Part shown: positions 56,836-64,000 of the stretch, in pieces
Numbering within the stretch: the first letter of the stretch is position 1
Layout: every line of letters starts with the position of its first letter
NCBI GenBank assembly: GCA_963786955.1
Contig: CAWBAT010000005.1
Location: 384,001-448,000 of the forward strand
Direction: 5' to 3'
From: an uncultured Acidimicrobiia bacterium
GTDB taxonomy: Bacteria > Acidobacteriota > Terriglobia > Versatilivoradales > Versatilivoraceae
Length of the DNA stretch: 64,000 bases
Made by a program: the position numbers and the translations under genes
The notes under the pieces: generated by a model
Told to the model about the DNA's origin: nothing
Databases searched by the model: none
The model's input: the letters and a program-made list of their open reading frames with translations, nothing else

Positions 56836-58049
56836 CCTTTCGGTGCCTGATACCCCTCCTTGGCTCGGACCACCACGTTTTTTACCACCATCCCGTTTTC
56901 ATCAACGACTTCCACTTTAATTTTCCGAAATTTCCCATCCTTATTCGCGTTCGTGGACTGGTACGCCATACTGTACTGATTTCTCAACTCGATCCCCACC
57001 TGCTGCAATATGCCGGGATACTCTCCCTCAAAATGGGGAAACCAGGCTTTCCCTCCGGTCCTGCGCGCAAAAGTGTTGAGCTGATTTTCTCCTTGCAACC
57101 AGGTCAGCTCGGCTGGCCCACCCATCCTGCCAGTTGCAGACATCATGTCTTTAGCCATCTGTGCAATGCCAATGCAATAGACTACGGCATCCGTTGTATT
57201 GATTCTTTTGAGCATCGTATCAAATGTGATTTTGCTCATCGTGTCAACTCCGGTACTGAGCAATAATACCGCTTTCTTGCCGTCCACTTCCTCCAACCGA
57301 TCGAGCGTATCCTTCAAAGAATCAAATAGATTGGACTCCCTGAAGGCCGGAATCCGCAGACGGCGCAAAGCTCCATAGAGCTCTCTCTTATCTTGGGTGA
57401 AGTCACACAAAATCTCTGGCCGAAGGTCGTAGGCTATGATGGCTGCCCAATCTTCCGGGCGAAGCATGTTGATGAACGAGCCGGCAGGATAGACGACATC
57501 ATCGTAGAAAGCTGCAAAATTGTAAGCAAACTCAATGAGCAATACAACCGTCAGAGGGGCAGACGTCGGGCTAAAGTTCGTGACCTGCTGCTCTACTTTA
57601 TCCTCAAAGACCCGGAAATTTTTCTGGCTTAAGTTGGGAATAAAGTTTCCACGCTTGTCGCTGACAACCACATCCAGATTAACCAGCTCGATCTCTACTG
57701 TAAGAGTGAACTTTTCGTCGGGTTTTCCCGTCGACGCCCCAACCGGCTTCTGCGGAGTCGCCCTCTTTTTCACAGGGGGCGCCTTCTTGGTACCTACCGT
57801 CGTATCGGTCTCGGCAGCCTTAGGCCCTTTCTGTTCCCCGGCTTTATCTTCAGCCTTCTGGGTAGATGTCTTCTTGGTCCCTACGACTGTGTCGGTGTCA
57901 GTAGGATTAGGTCCTTTCTGGTCTTGAAACCTTTCCTGTGTCTTTTCCTGTTGGGGAGTTGCCCCGCGCAAACTAGGAATAAGAGAAGGCGGTGGGAATA
58001 TCAAAGACAGCAATATCAATGCAATCAGACTTAATTGTCTCATACTCAT
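56832..58049 (-). CDS. Secreted VWA-domain protein (acidobacterial VWFA-related type)
   Basis: LVNLDVVV.DK.G..I.NL....F.VFED.V.Q, GKKAVLLLSTGVD, TGG, ELRNQY...Y.STN...DGKFRKIKV. Confidence 0.85.
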   Translation of the reverse strand: MSMRQLSLIALILLSLIFPPPSLIPSLRGATPQQEKTQERFQDQKGPNPTDTDTVVGTKKTSTQKAEDKAGEQKGPKAAETDTTVGTKKAPPVKKRATPQKPVGASTGKPDEKFTLTVEIELVNLDVVVSDKRGNFIPNLSQKNFRVFEDKVEQQVTNFSPTSAPLTVVLLIEFAYNFAAFYDDVVYPAGSFINMLRPEDWAAIIAYDLRPEILCDFTQDKRELYGALRRLRIPAFRESNLFDSLKDTLDRLEEVDGKKAVLLLSTGVDTMSKITFDTMLKRINTTDAVVYCIGIAQMAKDMMSATGRMGGPAELTWLQGENQLNTFARRTGGKAWFPHFEGEYPGILQQVGIELRNQYSMAYQSTNANKDGKFRKIKVEVVDENGMVVKNVVVRAKEGYQAPKG

Positions 58050-58219
58050 TCTCCCCATCCGGCTATCGGTTGAGCTTATCAGAACCTCCACATTGACAGG
58101 CCTGATCTAGCTCTGCCGTGAAGCCTTTGTGTTACCAACCTGTCAAATACAGTCTGTCCAATTAGGGCCTGAATTCTCAGGAACCCATCCTCCGGCTAGT
58201 CTCAGTTTCTCCCAGATTC

Positions 58220-59239
58220 TCATTTCTCCGAAAAGCTAAACCGAACTTCCTTCAAACCTTTGAAGGCTTCTCTCATGTAATTTTTGATCTTATCAATGAG
58301 CTTCTTCTCCGAAACACGAATGGCCTCGCGGGTCACCCCAAAAAGATCCGCAATAGCCTGAAGAGTGAGGGGTTCTTCAGCAATTAAGCGCTTCTGAAGA
58401 ATCATCCGTTCCTTTTCAGAAAGGGTATCCGCAAATGTCTTGAATTTGCTTTCAATCAGATCCTTCAATTCGCCGGAAGCCAATTTTTCATCAATCAACT
58501 CCTCTGTCGAGGCCATCGTATCCAGGAAGCTGGCACCGGAGTCATCGGATATCTTTTGATCTAATGAAAGATCGTACGACTGAATGCTTGCTTCAACGGC
58601 AATCACATCCTCTTCACTCACATCTAATGCTTGGGCAAGCAGATGACTACTGGCTGCAATCCCCTGGGTTTCGAGGCGCTGTTTTTCTTTTCTCAGATTC
58701 AGCAGGACCTTCCGACGATCGTTGGTGGTTCCCACGCGAACCATCCGGAAGTTATCCAAGATGAACTTGATGATATAAGCTTTAATCCACCAAGAAGCAT
58801 AGGTTGGAAGCCGGGTCCCGCGGTCTGGATCAAATTTTTTCACGGCCTGGAGAAGCCCGATATTCCCTTCCTGAACCAGGTCCATTAAGTTCGCATAGAC
58901 TTTGTTATAGAGAAAGGCAAGTCGTACGACCAGTTTCAAATTCGACGTCACTAATTTGCGCCCCGCTTCCTTATCCTGGTGATCGCGAAACAATCGGGCC
59001 AGTTTCTGCTCTTCCTCTGAACTGAGCGGTTCGTACTTGCTGATTTCGAAAAGGTAGTGCCGCAGCGGATCATAGCGAATGAGCTGTGAATCCTCCTTGG
59101 AAGATTCTGGCTCGATGATTTCTTCCAGTTCTTCCTCTTCCTTTGGCACCAAATGCTGTTCGACGTAGCTTGCCTCATCCCTGAAATCTTCCCAGTCGGT
59201 GGCTGGTTCATTGCTTGGCGTTGTGTGATCTTGGTCCAT
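58220..59239 (-). CDS. rpoH: RpoH/sigma-32-like sigma70 factor
   Basis: LVTSNL.LVV, DLVQEGNIGL..AV.KFDP.RG.RL.TYA.WWI.A.I, VRVGTT (RpoH-box-like), GVTREAIR. Confidence 0.75.
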   Translation of the reverse strand: MDQDHTTPSNEPATDWEDFRDEASYVEQHLVPKEEEELEEIIEPESSKEDSQLIRYDPLRHYLFEISKYEPLSSEEEQKLARLFRDHQDKEAGRKLVTSNLKLVVRLAFLYNKVYANLMDLVQEGNIGLLQAVKKFDPDRGTRLPTYASWWIKAYIIKFILDNFRMVRVGTTNDRRKVLLNLRKEKQRLETQGIAASSHLLAQALDVSEEDVIAVEASIQSYDLSLDQKISDDSGASFLDTMASTEELIDEKLASGELKDLIESKFKTFADTLSEKERMILQKRLIAEEPLTLQAIADLFGVTREAIRVSEKKLIDKIKNYMREAFKGLKEVRFSFSEK

Positions 59240-59438
59240 ACCCTTAATCTAGCAGAGGAATGCCCGGATGCAAATAGGATTGGGTGGCCCGGTCAAAGGA
59301 GTCTCCATCACCATGTAGCGGGATGCCGTGCTCATGTTCAGAAGACCCTTGACCCATTCGAGAAGCGACCGGATTGTGCCTCCGGCAGGCAACAGGAGAA
59401 TTCCTCTCAGGACAATTGAAGAGACTCTGGACAGGCAA

Positions 59439-60350
59439 TCACTTCGCTGCGGATTTTTCTACCAATGGCGCAATCGCCTTGTCAATAGCAGCTTCATCTT
59501 TACCGATCTCTACATTTTTGAAGAGGGACCAGGTCTCAACATGTTCCGCAAACCCGTTCGGCTCCAGGCGCTCCATCGGCCCGAGGGTTTCGATCTCCAT
59601 GAACGCTTCGGCAGTATAAGTTTCAGTACTGCTGCCGTAGTCCGGGTAGGCAGCACCACCTTTGTATTCTGACCGCTTCATAAACAACGTTTTGTTTTTC
59701 AGATAACCCGCCCATCCTTGTTTATTGGCTATTCCGATTTTCTGGGGCTCGCGCATCCCAGCCTCAGGTTTCAAAAGAATGAACTTCTTGCCGATTTTGA
59801 AGCGGGGATCTCCGAGATCCGTGTAAGACCATAAGACCAGAGGACGTGCCGGCAATAAAGCCGTGTCGTGAGACTGATAGGGTTCCTGGGGAAGAATGGT
59901 GACTCCTTCACGAAAGATGGTGATCGCCCAGGGTGCCAGCTCGATTCCCCATAGATTCTTGTTTGTGATCCGGTGACGGATTCCCACTCTGCTTCCTTCC
60001 TGATCCAGGGAAACGGTCATTTCCTTTTGTAGGCCAGTTTTCGGTTCAATAGGCTGAATCAGCCGAATCGTATTCTCACCTTCCAAATTGAATTCGATCC
60101 GGCTACTATCTGGAGAATAAGTCCTTGGCATTGCCTCGGGAGCGGCCCATAAGCGGTGTCCTCCCCAAGGCTTCCATTCTCCCAGTTCCGTAATGATTTT
60201 CAAGTCGGGAAACTCGCCCAGGATATTATCCTGCCCGATGAACGCATAGCGTATGATCCGGGGTCCGACGTCGGTTGTCACCACAACTTCAACAGTTCCA
60301 TTGGAAAGCTTGTAGCAATTGGGGTGATCCAGATACGTCACTTTTTCCAT
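59439..60350 (-). CDS. Conserved hypothetical protein (DUF4380 / galactose-mutarotase-like)
   Basis: RBS GGAGG; DVGPRII, GGHRLW.APE, E.E..GP. Confidence 0.7.
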   Translation of the reverse strand: MEKVTYLDHPNCYKLSNGTVEVVVTTDVGPRIIRYAFIGQDNILGEFPDLKIITELGEWKPWGGHRLWAAPEAMPRTYSPDSSRIEFNLEGENTIRLIQPIEPKTGLQKEMTVSLDQEGSRVGIRHRITNKNLWGIELAPWAITIFREGVTILPQEPYQSHDTALLPARPLVLWSYTDLGDPRFKIGKKFILLKPEAGMREPQKIGIANKQGWAGYLKNKTLFMKRSEYKGGAAYPDYGSSTETYTAEAFMEIETLGPMERLEPNGFAEHVETWSLFKNVEIGKDEAAIDKAIAPLVEKSAAK

Positions 60351-60756
60351 TCTTACCTCCGCCCATCCACGGGATGTGGGCCATGATTCCCGACCCAAAG
60401 GATAAGGGTGTTGTAGCAGAAATAGTTTCTTTCTTGCAAGCATCGAAGAGGGTCCTTTCCATCTGCCGGTTTGACTTGCGATTCTATCACGGGCTTGTTC
60501 AAGATCAACCCGCGTTTCGGAAACTCCACAGAGTGGACTGCTGGATCAAAACGAAAACAGCGCCATCCGGCACCCAGAACACAAAGGCCTCTCACCAAAA
60601 TGTAAACGGAACATTGATAGGATGCTGACATCGCTTCTGGCTAGAAATGAGCGACGGTCAAACGCATAAGCATGCCGGCAAGGACAAACCAGGGTTTCTT
60701 GCTGGGCAACAGAAATTCTGTTATCATCAAGTGGATATCAAGGAGGAAATGGGATC

Positions 60757-61619
60757 ATGAAGAATATCTTAAGACATTTATCCTTCTGGCGGGACTGACG
60801 GCTCTTTTTCTATTTATTGGTCAGGCACTGGGGGGACGAAGTGGCTTTAAAATAGCCCTCTTCTTTGCGGTCATTATGAATTTTGTCAGTTACTGGTTTA
60901 GCGATAAGATTGCGCTCGCCATGAGCGGGGCACAACCAGTCTCAGAAAATGAAGCTCCTGCGCTTTATGGAATTATCCGGGAACTCTGTCAAAGAGCGGA
61001 ACTCCCCCTACCCCGGCTCTATGTCATCAACAGCCCGACACCCAATGCATTTGCTACAGGGAGAAACCTCAACATGCGGCCGTGGCGGTGACTTCGGGGA
61101 TCATGAGTATCTTGAGCCGGGATGAACTGGAAGGGGTTCTTGCCCATGAGTTGGCCCATGTCAAGAATCGGGATATTCTGATTTGCTCAGTCGCCGCAGT
61201 CATCGCCGGAGCCATCAGCCAGCTGGCCCATATGGCCCAGTGGGCGATGATTTTTGGCGGATATGGAAGAGACCGGGACAGTGATGAGAGAGGGGGCTTA
61301 CTGGGCAGTCTTGCCATGATCATCGTTGGGCCCATCGCCGCCATGCTTATTCAGATGGCCATTTCCAGGAGCCGTGAATATCAGGCGGACGCAACCGGCG
61401 CCAAAATTTGCGGACGACCACTTTCCCTTGCCAACGCTTTGCTGAAGCTTGAACAGGCAAATCGACGTCTTCCCATGGAAGTCAACCCCGCGCAGGCTCA
61501 GATGTACATTGTGAACCCTCTGAGTGCCGGGAGGCCTTCGTAACCTTTTCAGCACCCATCCTCCCATGGCAGAGAGAGTGAAGCGGCTTCAGGAAATGGC
61601 TTTGGGCGGGATCAATTAG
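60757..61619 (+). CDS. htpX: Zinc metalloprotease HtpX (indels)
   Basis: [41 protein letters not shown]. Confidence 0.93.
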
Positions 61620-62586
61620 CTAATGAATGCTCTTCTGGACAATCTTGTCGAATTCCTGCTGGATGGTCCGGCAGTGCTCTTCCTCTTCTTCGGCAAACCT
61701 CAGGAAGATTGCTTTCCCGCGCGTATCGTTGAACTTTTGAGCATACTCTGAAAAGAACCGGTAAGACTCGTGCTCCATCTCCATCGCCAAAGATGAGCGC
61801 TTGTTCTTCGTCCAGCTTTCCTTTCAACTTCTCTCGAATCTGATCACGCGTGGGAAAAATCTTTTTCAGAGACTCATAATCAAAGTGCAGGAATACCGGC
61901 GCTTCTAGAATGTTCTTATGTCGGGACACAAGCTCTTTCCATTCCTGCTCTAACTCTCTCAGGTGACGCTTCTCCTCTTCGGCGATCTTCAGGAAGATCT
62001 TTCTACCCGAAGGGTGTTTTAAGTATTCCGCCGCTGTCCGGTAGAAATTGATGCCACTCCTTTCCGCTTCCAACGCAATCTTGAGAGCATCTCTGGCAAA
62101 AACAAGGTCAGAATCATAGACATCTTGAGGGGATGGGCGTTTATGTTGACAATCCGGACACACTCCAAAAATTTGAAGTTGGTGCCGCATCGGCAGGAAT
62201 TGATACTTGGCCACTACCAGATCATGGATGGTCTCCAACTCCGGACTGACAAACTCGATGGCCCGGTTGCATTCGATGCAGACAATATGATGATGGTGGG
62301 GGCGATGATAAATATGTTCGAAGCGCACCCGCCCATCCTGGAGGTCCGTTTCCCGGGCTAACCCGCAGTCGGTCAGGGCCTTGAGGGTGCGGAAGACCGT
62401 CGTATAACCTACGGCCTTATCTTTCCTTCGAACTAATTGATATAACTCGTCCGTACTCACATGACCCAACGTCCGCAAAAAGCTTTGAACCACAATTTCA
62501 CGTTGACGGGTGATTTTCAAGCCGTTCTTCTTTAAATATCCGGAAAAGATCGCCATCTGTTCAGCAATTTCCTTCTCGGTGCTCAT
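61620..62586 (-). CDS. Fur-family regulator fused to a rubrerythrin/ferritin-like domain (frameshift near 61790)
   Basis: T.QR, TTVFRTL, HHHHIVC..C, GVC..C; then A...E.....FY / AEEE..H duplicated. Confidence 0.82.
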
Positions 62587-63349
62587 CGGTGCATTTCCCC
62601 TTCGGGCAAACTCAGGATCATCGGGCCCTCCGCAGTAATGGCAACGCTATGTTCAAAATGGGCAGAGCACTTCCGATCCTTGGTGACCACCGTCCACCCA
62701 TCCTTAAGAACTTCGACTTTATCCATCCCTTGATTGACCATCGGTTCGATCGCCAGCACCAAGCCTGGCTTGAGGATAATGCCCCGTCCGTTGGAAACAT
62801 AATTTAAAACTACCGGCTCTTCGTGAAGACTTCTACCGACTCCATGCCCGGAGTATTCTTTGACCAAGGAAAACCCGCGCTGTCTCGGCGTGAGTCTGGA
62901 TGGCTGCGGAAATATCGGCTAAATGATTCCCCGGCAAAGCCTGCCCGATACCCAGCATCAGGCACTCCTCCGTGGTCTCAAGCAGGAATTTCAGGTCCTC
63001 GGTGATTGCGCCAACAGGTACCGTGATCGCGGCATCCCCATAATAGCCTCGAAAACAGATCCCATAATCGATGCTGACAATGTCCCCATCTCTCAGAATT
63101 CTTTTCGAAGGGATCCCATGGACAACCTCTTCGTTTACTGAGATGCATAATGTTGCGGGAAATCCATTGTATCCTTTGAATGCAGGCCGCCCTTTTTTCT
63201 TTCGGGTGAGATCCTCGGCGATTCTGTCGAGTTCTAGAGGTGGTTACTCCAGCCTGACAATTACCCTTCAGGGTATTCAGAATCTCATACACAATCAGAT
63301 TACATTCCCGTAAGATTTCAATCTCGCTCGGAGTCTTCAGATGAATCAC
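62583..63349 (-). CDS. map: Methionine aminopeptidase type I (indels)
   Basis: C.SVNEEVVHGIP, GHGVG..LHEEP, LAIEPM, SAHFEHS. Confidence 0.92.
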
Positions 63350-63361
63350 TCTTCCCTCTCC

Positions 63362-64000
63362 TCAAATCCGGGAAGTTCCCCAGCACATGACCCCACTGCC
63401 CGCCATTAATTTTGTCCCATTCGTTATCTGGCGTTCAAACGTCGAATGGCCAGAGGCGGCTTCTGAGACCACCGACGAGTTGCTATCCTTCAACAGCGGT
63501 TTCAAGCTCTCGATCGTTGCGCTGTCCCCAATGAATCCGAGCACTAGGCACAATCGCTGCCGCACATCAGCACTCTTGTTACTTAAGTTCTTGACCAGTT
63601 CCGGAACAGCAGGCGATCCGATTTCCAGAAAGTACGCTTCGACTTGTTCGTGATAGTAGGTCTCATTCAGCCCGGAGATGAGTTTCTCAATATATTCCTT
63701 GCGCCCTAATTGATAGAGCGCATAACTCATCGCGAGTTGACAGCCATACTCTTTTTCCTTGATATAGGCGCGAGAAACGTCTTCGGTAGCGCTGGCATCG
63801 CCCACACGCGCAATTCCCTCCGCAGCGGCTATACGATATGGCTTATCGGGATCTTTCAGCTTTTGTCTAAATAAGTTCAGTGAACTTGCATCTCCGACCA
63901 TAGAAATCGCCTGGAATGCAACTAATCTAAGTTTCGTGTCTGGATTTTGATCGTAGATGCTCTGCATTTCAGGTAAAGCTTTCTTGCTTCTCAGAAGGCC
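63362..64000 (-). CDS. HEAT-repeat protein, 5' part outside the window
   Basis: Repeated L.D.....R..A...L..IG units. Confidence 0.75.
   Translation of the reverse strand, partial: GLLRSKKALPEMQSIYDQNPDTKLRLVAFQAISMVGDASSLNLFRQKLKDPDKPYRIAAAEGIARVGDASATEDVSRAYIKEKEYGCQLAMSYALYQLGRKEYIEKLISGLNETYYHEQVEAYFLEIGSPAVPELVKNLSNKSADVRQRLCLVLGFIGDSATIESLKPLLKDSNSSVVSEAASGHSTFERQITNGTKLMAGSGVMCWGTSRI

Noticed and set aside
3825-63349. Mass pseudogenisation or programmed frameshifting (moeB, asd, proC, gltB, xth, ruvC, htpX, map)
   Set aside because: Single-base indels hit essential genes whose motifs are otherwise intact, often at short homopolymers; best explained as sequencing or assembly error

Overview
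Bacterial chromosomal window, most likely Acidobacteriota. This is inferred from the acidobacterial-type VWA protein, Oar-like TonB receptors and DUF3106/DUF6600-type genes. Many genes are split by single-base indels that look like long-read assembly errors, so genes were reconstructed across frames. Contents: a SAM-I riboswitch-controlled thrC-like/moeB-like/asd/sulfur-carrier operon; proC; mrp; a cobalamin-riboswitch-controlled btu uptake operon; gltBD; speA; bcp; pdxA; an ECF/anti-sigma/DUF3106 trio; xth; yebC-ruvC; and a ~14 kb accessory block at 41.6-56.0 kb. The window ends with amrB, a VWA gene, an RpoH-like sigma factor, htpX, a Fur-ferritin-like fusion and map. The accessory block encodes an ECF sigma factor, a Zn-binding membrane anti-sigma with TPR, a secreted TPR-CHAT (caspase-like) protease and a TonB-dependent receptor, plus divergent secreted proteins. 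An identical 19-base bipartite motif (GTCACAAAAT-N10-GACTCTTAT) sits on both sides of the sigma gene and is its probable promoter. Seven same-orientation GTAG-type palindromic repeats sit in intergenic regions of the block, including both edges. No rRNA, tRNA, CRISPR array or transposase was seen.
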